Both the position numbers and the translations under genes were made by a program. Positions 51,631-64,000 of a DNA stretch of 64,000 bases are shown in pieces. Origin of the DNA: Camelus ferus (taxonomy: Eukaryota); contig NC_045696.1 in the NCBI RefSeq assembly GCF_009834535.1, positions 82,586,001-82,650,000 on the forward strand, written 5' to 3'. Positions within the stretch are counted from its first letter, which is position 1. Every line of letters starts with the position of its first letter. The notes beneath the pieces were generated by a model. That model did no database searches, was not told the origin of the DNA, and saw nothing but the letters and a program-made list of their open reading frames with translations.

Positions 51631-51967
51631 CTCATCTTCCAAAACAAGGTGAGATTTCTTACTCACTACTGCTAAATGTTTTCAAGGGATCCTATATAGT
51701 TTCCTCCTTGCAGATAATCAGAAAATTTAGAGTTGGGAAAAGTATGGTTATAAGCTCTAAAGAAACATAACATTTTTTAATGGAAAGGAATTTTAGGCAA
51801 GCTCTTTCTTCCCCCATGAAACCTAAAGAGGTTAACTGGCTTATGGTAAATGCCTTTTTCTATTTTCTTTTTCCTCCTAGTGCCTCCATGTATGAAGTCC
51901 TCATTTAAGAAACTTCTGCCTTTCATGAATCAATGACATTTTAATGATTCACAATGTCCAGATTCCA

Positions 51968-52150
51968 GTGAGCCTTGCTACTCAAAGTGTGGCCTACCAA
52001 CCAGCAGTATTAGAATCCTCTAGGATCCTGTTAGAAATTCAGAGTCTCAGGCCCCACCCCCATCTACTGAATCCAAACTTGCATTTTAGTAGGGACTTAG
52101 AGGTGCAGAGATGATATCTCTCTGCACATTAGAGTTTGAGAGGCACTGTT
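51968..52150. mobile_element. MER5A
   Basis: gctactcaaagtgtggcc...accagcag...ctgttagaaattcagagtctcaggccccacccc...ctactgaatc...agtttgagaggcactg. Confidence 0.85.
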
Positions 52151-52219
52151 AGAGCATAGACATTATAGACTCATGATCCCAATTTAGTTATTTCTTCTGC
52201 TTACCAGAGCACTCTTTTG

Positions 52220-52415
52220 AAAATAATAATGATAATAATTATAATTTATTGTGTACATTCTCTGTACTGTGTCAAACCTCTTATTTCCAAGCTCCACAAC
52301 AGGACTGGCGGTATTTTAGCTTACATGTGAAAATATAGAGATTGGGAGAGATAAAGTAACTTGTCCAAGGTTGCATGCTTGAGAATGACAGAACTTAGAT
52401 GTAAAGTGAGGAGTT
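52220..52415 (-). mobile_element. MIR
   Basis: ataatttattg...gagagataaagtaacttgtccaagg...tctgactg. Confidence 0.6.
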
Positions 52416-55400
52416 TTCTGACTGTAAAGTTTAATATATATATATATATAACTAGAATATATGGTTTAGGCTGTACTTAATGCACAGTGATGTATTAGAG
52501 GGTCTGGGTGGGTGAATCTCTGCTAAAAGTCAAATTTAATATTTAGGGTTGATGATTTGTGGGAGATTTTAGTTTCTTAGGTCTTAAAAGTGAAAATAAT
52601 TGTCTTTTTTGATTCCATTAAATGGAGTCAAATTTCTTAGACAAATGAATGTGATCTAGAATATTAGACAGAGGCTTTTGAGTTCTAAGTCAAGGAAAAG
52701 AAATAAACAAATATGAAGTTTCACGCCTTTGAAAAGAAAATTTACTCTTTCTCTGTGATTTGCCTTACTTTGGGAATAATATAGTGTTTCTGGTGTAAAC
52801 TCAGCTGCATTGTTTATATTTTTTTCCATATTTGATACTCAGCTTGGACTTGGATGATATTCAACACCATTAAGGGATGTAAATGACCATGGTGTCTATT
52901 TTCTGTTATCAAAACACACCAGTTTTCTCTTCATTATGACACTAATTCCTGGTAAGTTCTAATGTCACACACAGCAACAAATCAAATAACAAAGGGATAT
53001 AGCTCTGACTTTCAAACACATTACTGGGGATATTTATTGGTGCAAATGAGTTCCACTAGTAAGTAGGAAAACATCTATTTAAAAAAAAGAGAACCAATAT
53101 GAAGAGCAAAATGAGATACTTATAATTTTTATCTGAATAACATAGAATATTGTATCATAGGCATAAATTCTCTTCCTCTTAAGTTTGACTAGCATCTTTA
53201 CCAAAAGCTTATTGTCTAGTTCTTTACGACATGCTTATTCTTTTTAAGAAGCCTAGATTCTTGCTTGGTTTAGTGTAGATAACTAGAGAAAAGAGAATTT
53301 TAATCATGTCCACCTATTTATGACTCTTTATCCTCTGCAGAAGTCATTAACTTAGAAACACCTGAGAATTTCTGAGTCTGAGCAGTGACATCGTCCAACC
53401 TTAATACAGAGAATTCTAAGAACTGTAAGCACAAAGAAGAAGTGAAATGATTTCCTTTTTAAAGACGTGCTGTAATTTTTTGGTTTCCAACCAGAAGAAA
53501 GGACTGTTCTCACTGGTTGGCCTAAGCTGTAAAAACAGGGCAGTGCAAACAGGCAGCACGAAGATAGGATGGGAGCAAAGGAAAGAAAGAAGGAAGATAG
53601 GATTTAAGCAACTGTGGTACCATGTAGAACATCCTAGAGAGATGGCAAGAATTAGACCTATTGACAGTGGACCACTGAGTAGCTGGCAGAAGAGCTTGGC
53701 AATGGTTGTAGGGGAAGAAAGCAGAAATACCATCCAAAACAGCATAGTTATCTGAAAATACTCATTGTCAGACAAACAGCTCTCTCTTCCTTAATGGTAT
53801 TCTGAAGCAGCTATAATCTAGCATGGTGCAATACTTGTGTTCACAAAAATAAGTTGAGAAGAAGTTAATGCACTTTAAGAAGATTGTTCAAAGTAAATGA
53901 TCAAAATTTAAAAACCATCAGAACCTAATAATTTAGCCCTGAATAACCTAGAATCCTCTCCCTATTTCCTGGTTGTGACAGATGATAGAACTGGTCATCT
54001 CCTCAATGAGTTCTTGGAACCTCATTTCAGCAGGATTGGAGTTTGTGATGACTGCAGTGACTTCATAGGAGATGTGGTTACAAGAAAAATACTGTGCATG
54101 GCTATCATTGTCAAATTTGCTACCATATTATTCTATGGAATGTCAAGATCCTTTACAAGAGATGAAAACACACCCTGCATTAAATTGTGTCCCTTTAAAA
54201 AAATACTCTATTTCAGTTATCTTCAAAATTCTTCTATACATGTCTATTTTACTTCAAAGTGCGTGTGTTTTTCCAGGTAAAGCATCTTCATGTAACTTTT
54301 TAGTGACCATTTGATGTAAAATGTCATGTTCTTAGGAGTTATGGGCTTGGTTTGTAAAGTTGCAAATTCTTCATTTTTGAGAGAAATTGGAGCTGAAAAT
54401 GCAATCATGTGGCAAGCCTATTCCTTGAAAATGCTTCGCAGTTGAACCAGAGGGGTGGGGCTTTTTCTCCCTTTTCACTACTTGTCATTGCTTCCTTGGA
54501 GGAGGTGGCCTTGCCCCAGTCCTGCAGACCAGTGTCCTGGAGGAAATGTGTTTGCGAGTCGCTTAATTACACAGATAGGAGGAAGCTGCTGCCACAATTT
54601 CTTCTCTTTCTTCATTTTTTAACATTTTCCCCATAATTCAGATTTCAGATGTGTAGATTCTTAGAACTGAAAGAATACCCAGCCTGCTTACCATGAGAGG
54701 CTAAAGACATGGCCATTGTTTGTTTGCCACAGGGGCTGGGGCTAGAACCCAGGTCCCATGATGCCCAGGCCAGAGCTCTTTCTAGGACATCATTCTTGCT
54801 ATGCCTGGGACAGCTGCTGGACTTGCCCAAGGGTAGCTGATTGGTGGAAAGAACCATGAACCTGGGAGATGGGAGGTCTGAATTTGATGCCTGTTCAGGC
54901 TTCAGTTATTGAGAGGGGGATTAAATGTGATGACTCAGTAGGTCACTTCCGCCTCTTGGTTTTGTTCCTGAAGTGTATGTTGTGACTAAAAGAGACGGGG
55001 ACAATTCCCACGTGGCTTAAGGAGGACAGAGGTATGATTATGAGGATGTTTCTGTTCCTGAATTAAATGGGTAAGGTGCAAGGTGGCCTGTCTGTGGTTT
55101 CATGAACTGTTCTTGGATGCTATGCTGACATTTTGAATTCCTCACATTCACTTGGTGGTGCTTTAGGTTTAAACCCCAAATCCTCACATCTGCCCCCAGG
55201 TATTGGTAACTTAAAACACCTTGAAAATATGCACCATCCATTCATCTGTGCCTTTCCCGTGCCCTAATAATATTGTAATTCTTTGCTGAGAAAAGAGCCT
55301 GTGGTTAGCTTCTGTGTTCAGCTTACAAGTAGTAGGTTAAAAACAAATACTAGAGTTGGGACGTGTTCACACGCAAATGAAATGCTTTTACAGTTATCTA

Positions 55401-58400
55401 ACACCTGTTTAAGAAAGCTTCTTTTCTTTTTCTTGCTGATGAATGGTCACAGGATTTCTCAGATTATTCCGCCATTGTCTCTTTTTGCCTGCTTAGCGAG
55501 TACAGGTGTCAGTGGCATCTAGCAGCGTCTCCGCCTGCCTTGAAGAACACAAGTTCCCATTAGCCTCCCAGCCCCAGGGGTCTCTGGCCTGCTTCCTAGA
55601 ACCCACCACCTTTGGCGTATCCCCTGCTGAGCTCAGGACCAGCTTTTCCCAGAGTTGTCACGAATCTTTCTGTGGTCACTGTTGTTCCTATGACTTCATT
55701 GTAGCGCTATACTTTTTAAAAGATAACCTGGTTTTATTTCTTTTCTAAAGCAATTTGGAGAAAGCATAGAGCTTTTAAAGTCACTGGTGTTTCCTTGACC
55801 ACAAATACAACCTAAAAATAAATGCTCAATAGTAGACAGTATTTCTGGAGCTGAAATTCAATAGTCATTGATCTGAACCATTAAAACTTTTAAAAGAGAA
55901 AATCTCTGACCCAAACTGAGAGGTTGTTCCAGTCCTTTGAAAAGCTAGTGGTGGGTTTGCAGGCAAATGAAGATCAGTGACATTCTTATATACTTTGGTT
56001 ACATCACATTGTTGAGATCATAATGTTCCTAAAGCTCTTCACACCCAACTCAAACTTTTCCCTTTTGCCTTCCTTTTAAAGTCAAACATTATCACAATTT
56101 ATAGTTAAAAAGGGATTTTTACTGGGGATTGATGAGACATTGGCATTTTCCTTCATTTTCTTTGGAAGATGTTTATTTTTCTTGTCAGCTGCAAGGGAAG
56201 AAACCTGCTGTGAAAACTGATATATCCCAGCCATCAGGGGCACTTGTCTGGTATTACTTTGATGCTCTACTTGTGGCATTACCAAAGGATGTCACGAATG
56301 CTAAGTGAGAAACATAGGGCACATCATCTTATTTTTTGTGGCAAACAATTTGGGTTTTTTAAGAGTAAGATCATGGTAACCAAAATAACCCAATGAAATT
56401 CTTTAGCATAAATATTTATGTAAGATATGGATGGCACATCTAGCTTTGAAACTTTTGGGTACTTGAGGACTTTAGCAGAAGGCATTGTTCCTGTATTAGA
56501 AATCCTGTCTGCGGTGACAACATGTAATATGGGACACTGGAGCCCTGTCACAGTGGAGATGTCAGGGAACCAGGCACATGCTTCCTCCATGGTGTCTTCA
56601 TATCATCAGGAGGGGAACTCACAGGGTGATGCTGCCCTTGTGTTTTAACCAGCACACAGAATGAATTCGAGATTCAGTGATGTTCTTTACAGAAGGATTT
56701 TTCTGTAGCATGAAATATCTAACAAGGAGAATTGCAAGAAAGTCATTTTTATAAACATTCCTGCTTGTGGTTAGTTTGGGATCTGGATTCTTTGGAGAGC
56801 AATATCTTTCCTTTTGGTTTTATGACCATCTTTTTCTTAATGCTTAGAAAGAAAAGAGCTTTGCCAAACATATTTTTTTTTCTGGCACTAGTGTCTTCTG
56901 GAAAATGAAAATGGAAATGGCCCAGTTTCTCTTACTAAAGTCTTCAGATATTTATATGTAGTTTAATGGTTTCATCCTGAAAAAATAAAGCACCTTTCCA
57001 AATTTTTAAAAGGGTACAAATGAAAATTTACTAGGTTACTGTCACTTGAAGTCGAACTTCTATGGTGACACACACACACACAGACACATATATGTAAACG
57101 CATATTTTCACACAGAGATGGACAAGACAGCTAAAATGAGTAGAGGAGGACAGGCAGACGGTATGCCTGCAGTTCATTTCTGGCACTGATTTAATCTAAA
57201 GGAAAGACTAAGCACTTCATGTTTTTGTTGATGGCAGGTTAAATCCTTTTAATTTTTGCTAATAATTGGAAAATTCTGTGGAAGATAAAATAATTGACAG
57301 TGTTTTGCATTGACAATTATTTTATCCTGAAATAACTATTTGGTGAGTTCATGGAAAACATTTAAAGAACCCTAAAATAATCCAAATATAGTCAAAGGAG
57401 ATACTAGGCTCTGTTTTGAGAGGGTACAGTGGATGGGACTGGTTTAACCTAGTTTGTGGTGAGATATTTATTCACTCCTAGGCACCACTGCACAACTCAC
57501 TTAACTCCTTAAATGTGGAAGAGAAGTGCCAAATGATGTTTCTTATTTGTCCAGCACTTTTCTTCTCTTCTCTGACAACAAGTATTACTCATGCTCTGTG
57601 TTACAGAAACCATGGGGTCTCTGTCTCTTGGGGGAAAAGTTGAGACATTCTCACTGGCCTCCCTTACTGCCCTTCCTCATAAGCAGGCATCAGTGTACAA
57701 AGGACACAATAAATGAGAGCAGGTCTCGTAAGCTGCCAAAGGCCACGTCAATGAGATTCCAAAACAAAAGTTGGCCTTTATTCTATCCCACTGTCACATC
57801 CAAGAAGGGATCGCTGATGGACGACAAATGTTTGATATTTTAAAAACGACCAGACAAAAGCCCTGTCTTTTCTCCATGAGGTTCTCCAAAAGTATTAGGA
57901 AACAAATGAATGCAAATATAATTCAAGTTAAAGTACTATTTTTAGCATACTGGTTTTGTCACATCTTTTTTTCTGATAGCCATTCTTTGGGTAATTTTTG
58001 CGCTAAGCCATTTTGGATTTCGTCTGACATGTTGATGGCAGAGTGGTGTGTCTTCTGTGCATGGAAAATAAACGTGGAAAATGACTTATTGTTGCTGAAT
58101 GAAAGCTCTTCAGTTTCTGAATTCTAAGGCAAATTAGGCCTCAGATTTCATTTCTGTAGCTGTAGTATCAGTGAGTGATAAAAACGAGAATGTCTGCATC
58201 TGCCTATGTCCATGCGTATCAGAAAAGGGAATTTTATTTTTGCAAGAACAAAGTTAAGTAGTTTAGAAAACTCCCATTATTTCTACTTCTCTGACTTTAA
58301 GTTACTTTCCTCCAAGTGGTTTTACAATTATTATCATCAGCTCAGCTGCAGTGGGATGGATGTTCTTCTATCTCATAAACCCAAGGAGAAATTGTTAGCT

Positions 58401-59299
58401 AATTCAAATGGTATTTGCCATAGTCAGTGAAGAAAATTGCCCATTAAAGTGCTGCTAAAATCATGAGAGTACAGTTATGAGGGTTAAAAACATGTGGTTG
58501 AAAAGACATCCTTGCAATGCATCTGTTTGGAAAGCAAATATATTTAAAACGAGATAAGTGAAAAATAAAATATTGCATCACACAGAGCTATTCAGTTTAA
58601 AGCAGGTGGGATCTTGAATCATAGGTAGCATGGGTGGAAGGTATTACAAAATATACCCACCTGTGGTGTGGAGCTGGTTAGATTTTTTTCAAACAATTAC
58701 TACCAACCACTGTGCCAACCACACTGTGAAAATCCTGCCAACTTGCCACATGATTTTACGCAGAGAACAAAGTGATTCTTCTTTGCGAATATGGAAAACA
58801 CAAGCAGAATTAAAAAGAATCATTTCTGAATTCCTGAAGGGATGTAGATTAGGGAATTGAGATGGTTTCTTTTTGGTTTTGTCAAGTTGGTACCTGAGAT
58901 AAGGTAAACCAGCAACAGACAATTGGCAGTTACTGAGAAAAAGCTGAAAAGGACATGAACCCGATTCCTCAGCCTCGGCCCCACAGGTTGGTGAGATGGT
59001 ATTTCTCCAACTTTATAAATGAGCTGGCCATGGCCCAGAGAGCTTGGGTGACTCTTACACTAACTACTATATAGCTAACATATGGTAGAGAGGGAGGTCA
59101 TCCTCGCATTATCTCTTAAACACATCTGAAACTACGCTATTCAGTTCTGGCCTGTGAGATTATTATTTAATATATGGGGACATTGCATTTCTTAAGCAGG
59201 GGTCAAAGCACCACGTTACAAGGAGACTGGGATTGCCAACCTGCCTTTGTTGAATATGACTCCTTCCCTATTTTAGGTATTACTGAAGACATTTTATCT

Positions 59300-59430
59300 A
59301 CTCTATTTCTTTTAATTGTTATAGAATCCCCTTAAAAAGTGTTATTTTCCTGTTTTGACAGATGCCTACAGACCTGAGGCTCAACCTGGTTAATTACTTG
59401 CCCGAGGTCAGTGCCCAGGATTAAAAACTC
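59300..59430 (-). mobile_element. MIR fragment
   Basis: ttttgacagatg...ctgaggctca...ggttaattacttgcccgaggtca. Confidence 0.6.
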
Positions 59431-59769
59431 ACCCTGTTTGTGTCTGTAGTTCCTACTACGTTTATTATCTCTGAAATCTTCATAGGAAGGGAGAATAAAG
59501 CATAGGGCTGTGGTTGATCATTTAAAATTGTCTATTATCTGACTAGAGAAAGACCTTTAGAACACATGCAAGGGAAAGGAAAGCACCGAGCACCTCCATT
59601 TTGGGGATCCTGGGCCACTTTCTCAGTGAGGACTCCGAAGCCTTGCTCTGTTGTTTTACTTGTTAGAGGTTTTCCTTTATTGCGTATTAATTCCTTGTCC
59701 CTGTGGTATGAGAAATTTAAGGAGCAGGAAAGGGCTGTCTGGCTCAGTGGGACTGGCTTGCTATTTAGT

Positions 59770-59960
59770 CTGGCTGTTTCCTACCTCGCACGTCGATTGA
59801 TTATACTGCCTATCGTGTGTTGACATATTTTGCTTGCTGTACTGATTATACGCTGGGAGTGCTAATTCTTTTATTGGGTTAGAGTTCAAAGGTGCTCATC
59901 TGTCAGCAAAGTCTCTCATTTCATGGCATGCTCAGCCTCCTCTCATATCTGTCATTTTTA
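59770..59960. promoter_or_regulatory. Candidate enhancer with DR1/TCF overlap
   Basis: AGTTCA-A-AGGTGC (59883-59895) containing TTCAAAG; CTGTCA; duplicated TGATTATAC; local CpG retention. Confidence 0.35.
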
Positions 59961-61009
59961 TACTGTTCTCAGAGGTTTTCCTCTGATTTCTGGTCCGAGT
60001 TCAATAAGAAAGACCTTGAAGGAGTTTCCTTTGTAGTGGGCTATTTTGTACGGTTTTTGGAGACAGATTCTGCTCTTTGAAGATATGCAGAATATTGGCA
60101 TTTCACAGACTCTGACTGAAGCAATGGAAATCTCACTATATCCTGCTCTTTGATTTTAACAACTCTGTTGGTGTAGATCTCCAAATCTTGGACTTTTATC
60201 AAACATGGTAAATCTCTGAGACCAATAAATGAAGAGATCCAAACTTGGGCTTTGCAGTCAGTATCACAGCATCCTGGCTAACCATAAGGAAATGGAATCC
60301 TGGGAAGAAGAGTCCAAGGAGTGGAGATTCATATACATAGAACAATACAAAAAGCTCACCTAATGTCCAAATGTCTTTTTCATCACATCTGTAGAAATTA
60401 TAATGTAGGTATGTAGATATTTGTATATATATGTATGTATATGTATATGTATACTCATAATTTTGAACTGGAATCATAAGTAGAAATACCCTCCAACGTC
60501 ATTATTTTGGTTATGATGAGATATTTTACAATTAGTTTGAGGTTTTTGAGATATAAATAGCTTGCCCTTCTTGACAAGATTTCCAATATATCAAGAATAT
60601 GTTTTGTGGTAGCTTGTATTTCAATTTCTATTTTTCTTACATGTTGCATTTTGAAGTTGATCAGAATAATAAAAACAAGTGTCATAGTAATGATAGATTA
60701 TAAAAATGATCTTTGTGAATTGGTAAGATAATCAGTGATGACTAGCTTTTGTTCTAAATGCTTACGGTGTATGAACAAATTAGTCTTCAGTTTTTATACA
60801 AACATGGATAAGCCCTGATTTAGAGAATTAGCTGGAGTTGACTTTTAAGCGACTGGGCCATGTGTCCAGAGGGGTGTAAAGCGAAACCATAACAGTCCCT
60901 TGTTGGAAAAGAAAGGAACGTGGGAGTTATTGCCACATTTTACTGAGTTTATTGGTCTTTTGATAGCTTGGGAACTGTAAATGACAGGAGGTGATGGAAC
61001 TACTGGAAT

Positions 61010-61240
61010 AACATGGAAAGAGAATGGCCTGGGAACATTATGCCTGGGTCCAAGAAGAGTGGGTGTACTGGCAGACCATGGGTTTGACACATACACTCTC
61101 TGAGTCTTAGTTTTTTACCTGTCCAGTGTCATTTTCACCTATTTATACAGAAGGGTTTTTGGTGGAGATTAAACAAGATAATGATATAAAATGCGTGACA
61201 TTGTGTCAGTGTGGCACGTAGTGGATATTCAGTGAAAAAG
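61010..61240 (+). mobile_element. MIR
   Basis: ctctctgagtcttagtttt...ggagattaaacaagataat...tggcacgtagtggatattcagt. Confidence 0.65.
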
Positions 61241-61439
61241 AAAACTTTATTGCTCCTCATCTTCTCATTGGCCTTCTCCAAGCCAACACAATGTCAACTT
61301 CATAATATCTTCATCAACCTTCAGTAGCATTTCTCAGTTTATATGCATGTGGTGCTATGCTGATTATGGCACAAAGCAAGCTATATAGATGTGGCTCTTT
61401 CCAGGAATTTACTTCCACAATCACACAGAGATTGATGGA

Positions 61440-61610
61440 TTCATAGAATATGAGCTAGAAGGGACCCTGGGGGCTCTCTGCATTCAGTAATTTTACAGAC
61501 GAGGAAATAGATTCCCAGAGAGATGAAAAGACTTGCTTAGAATTTCCCAGTTCATTAGTGGCAGTGCCAGGGACAGAGTCCGGGATTGTAGAAGCCTAGT
61601 CCATTGTTCT
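61440..61610 (-). mobile_element. MIR3/MIR
   Basis: tcatagaat...gagctagaagggaccctgg...ttttacagacgaggaaa...cccagagagatgaa...gtggcagtgccaggga. Confidence 0.75.
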
Positions 61611-62929
61611 TATTTATCTATCCTTCTTGTTTAGGAAATAAAGGTTATGGTTGTATATTCTAAGAGCAGTTTGTCCGGAAGAACTATTTCAAAATATTAC
61701 AGTCTTTAAAGATGCACAGCTAGTCACACACACACACATCACCTAAGTGCATGTATGAAGTGAGTAAACATGATTGCAGTGTAAAAGTACGGTTGGTGGT
61801 GCCAAACTATGGCCCGGAAAGTCTTCTCAATCTAACCCATAATCTTCACCATTTTCCACATACCTCTTCCGATGATCTGATAAGGAAGTTTTCTTATTCT
61901 TATGCAAAGTACTCTGTAAACACAACTTCAACACATTCTCCCTACTTTTGTCCAGAGTCATTTCCATAAGCTTCGAGAAATTTTAGAGCCACCCCTAAGA
62001 AGTATGACTAAACTTTTTGTAATTTATTTATGCAGATTTTGAGAGAGTTAAGAATTCAAGAGGTAGGATATTTTGGGGGTGGAGGAGAGTTAGTTAGAAG
62101 GGCACTGAAAATTGGATCATAGTAAGCATTAAAAATGACCCAAAGGTTATATTCTTTGCTGCAAGTGCACCAGCTATAGTTCTAAATATGGATGATTTGT
62201 GGAGTTCTGTAGAGATATAGGGTACTACTTATTTTGCCTATATTGATCTGGAACATTCCAAGAGGCCAACAACAGTCGCTGAACCCTTGTTCGGCAAGGC
62301 CCAGAGTTTCTCTCCACTGCATAAGCCGTAACCTTACATGGTGAAAAAATGATCTCAGACAAAACCCCCCAAACATAATTAAATTTATTAGTACTATACT
62401 TTTCTTTCTTTGTAGCCTTCATTATTACAACATATACAATTGAATTATGCATGTCTAACTCTAGTCATGTTCCTATTAATCTGTTATGAGCAAATTCTGT
62501 AATTGTGCTTTTACCTTATAGAATGATATCCCTCATAGACCTTTGAGATTTAAGAAACATATAAAAAGATACAGAGGCAGAGACAGAAACAGCAGTGAGA
62601 GACAGAGAGAGAAGAGACTAGACAATAGAGAACAAACCCTTCTGACCATATTGTCTAGCAGAGCAAGAGAACGTTAGGAAAGCTGTGACCTGAAAGCGTT
62701 CGTAAACTGTTATCTCCCCCTGGGAGAAGCTGGAGTGGCCATTCCACCGTGCTATAACTCTGAGTGTTCATTAAAAATTCATTCAAGGCTAAATCATATC
62801 ACTGAACAATGAGTATGGAGGCCCAGATCTATGTGTCAAAGACAGGAGGCCGTATCAGGGCCAGGTTCTTTATGGAGTGGGGTCTGTGTCAGGCAGACAA
62901 GGAGAATGGGAGGTTTCCTTGGAGGCTTT

Positions 62930-63260
62930 TGTCAAGCTCTGGGCTTCTTCTGGGGGCTCGATTAGAATAATCAGCGGCCTTGGGAAATTCACACGGTTTT
63001 GGTGGGGCTGTGATCCATCATCATCCATCATACTTGTGCGCTGGGTGACGGAGGAGCCAAATACCAGGCCGGCGGGGTGGCCAGAGCCCTGCTCTGCATG
63101 GAGCTCTCTGGTCTGGGGCAGGGCTCCAGGAAGCCGGGCAGTGGGAGGGGAGGGGGTCCTGCAAGAGAACCAGCCCCTCAGATTGGCCTGCACTTGGAGG
63201 GCTTCCCCCGCCAGCAGCCCCCCAACCCCAGGCAGCAGTCTAGGAACGGGAAGTAAGCTG
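62930..63260 (+). promoter_or_regulatory. GC-rich promoter/enhancer-like patch with possible first-exon donor
   Basis: GGCGGGG, GGGGAGGGG, CCCCGCC, ATTGG, CAGGAAG and GGGAAGT; GAA|GTAAGC after 63252. Confidence 0.35.
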
Positions 63261-63509
63261 TACATCACTCTGGAAGATTTGTGGCTTGTTTGCTTTGGAT
63301 TTCCTCAGCTTAATTTGGGTTTTGCTGGGTTTGTTTGGAGTTTATTTCTAATTTATTTTGAGTTTGTGTTTGTTTGCAGGCTTAAACAATTTTGAAGAAA
63401 AAACTTTCTGGAGTTTTTGTTATTTGACTTTCTTTCTGTGTGCATTTGCATTGCTAGGAAGGATTGGGTTTTGTCATATCGAAGAAGGAAAACGACTGTG
63501 TTGTGGGGC

Positions 63510-63511
<2 letters not shown>

Positions 63512-63547
<36 letters not shown>
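63512..63547. repeat. (GT)n microsatellite
   Basis: Directly visible GT run; explains the HTHT/VCVC ORFs. Confidence 0.97.
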
Positions 63548-63550
<3 letters not shown>

Positions 63551-64000
63551 GGGGAGAAAAACCAATAAAACCCTCACTATATATTTCTTGTATACTTAGC
63601 AACTTTTTTTTTTCAAGCTCTCTAACCCAGGAAGAAATCTGATTTTTGATTATTTTGAAAAAATGTTTCAAAACTCCAGAATTAGGAGAATTCTGTATGG
63701 TTCTATAGAAAAGCATTTATTACAATATGATCTCAGAGGCAGTTTGCTAGAGAGCCCTGCGGAAGATTCGGTTGCTCAGTAATAACTAATTTGGTCTCTC
63801 AGTTCCCAAGCAAAGTACTTCAGCAGCCAAGAATGTAAATTCTTACCCATTTTCCAATTTGGTTTTTCTCAGGAAACCAGGGAGAGAGTCAAATCTAGGT
63901 GAATGTACACCTTATTACTAATTATACAATATAATCAGAAATCTCAATTTCATGGTATGAGTTAAGAAAATGTACTTAAAATTTACCTTCTGTTTCAGAG

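Noticed and set aside
53985..54030. Two adjacent small hairpins, possible structured RNA
   Set aside because: Stems too short, with no snoRNA box arrangement or pre-miRNA-length hairpin.
62870..63395. Overlapping 172-aa (+) and 132-aa (-) ORFs
   Set aside because: Non-ATG starts; explained by stop-codon scarcity in GC-rich DNA. The MMYS start only superficially resembles NFI N-termini and the rest does not match.
63353..63716. ORFs with HTHT/VCVC runs
   Set aside because: Translation of the (GT)n microsatellite.
1..64000. CRISPR array, operon or other prokaryote-type system
   Set aside because: The DNA is mammalian and non-coding, with no regularly spaced repeat-spacer array or gene-dense region.

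Overview
This is AT-rich, CpG-depleted mammalian nuclear DNA, most likely camelid: it carries a tRNA-derived SINE matching the camelid Vic-1 family and artiodactyl-type L1 3' ends. I recognise no protein-coding exon, RNA gene or prokaryote-type system, and the ORF-track entries look spurious. The window reads as part of a very long intron or gene desert. Old MIR, L2, MER5, MER102, MaLR and LTR16 relics and a few younger L1-mediated insertions with clear target-site duplications (TSDs) alternate with repeat-free, TF-motif-dense blocks that resemble developmental enhancers. The best observations are: (1) a ~0.92 kb polyadenylated retrocopy of an unidentified non-L1 transcript (4063-4985); (2) a three-layer nested insertion of L1 in a short Tigger1 in an old L1 (34.5-36.9 kb); (3) blocks with PBX-HOX/MEIS/TCF motif grammar; (4) minus-strand exon-like units, including a 14-nt microexon candidate; (5) a GC-rich promoter/first-exon-like patch near 63.1 kb. 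Repeat families were recognised by eye from recalled consensus sequences, boundaries of old repeats are approximate, and conservation and host gene could not be checked. I found no convincing novel biological system.
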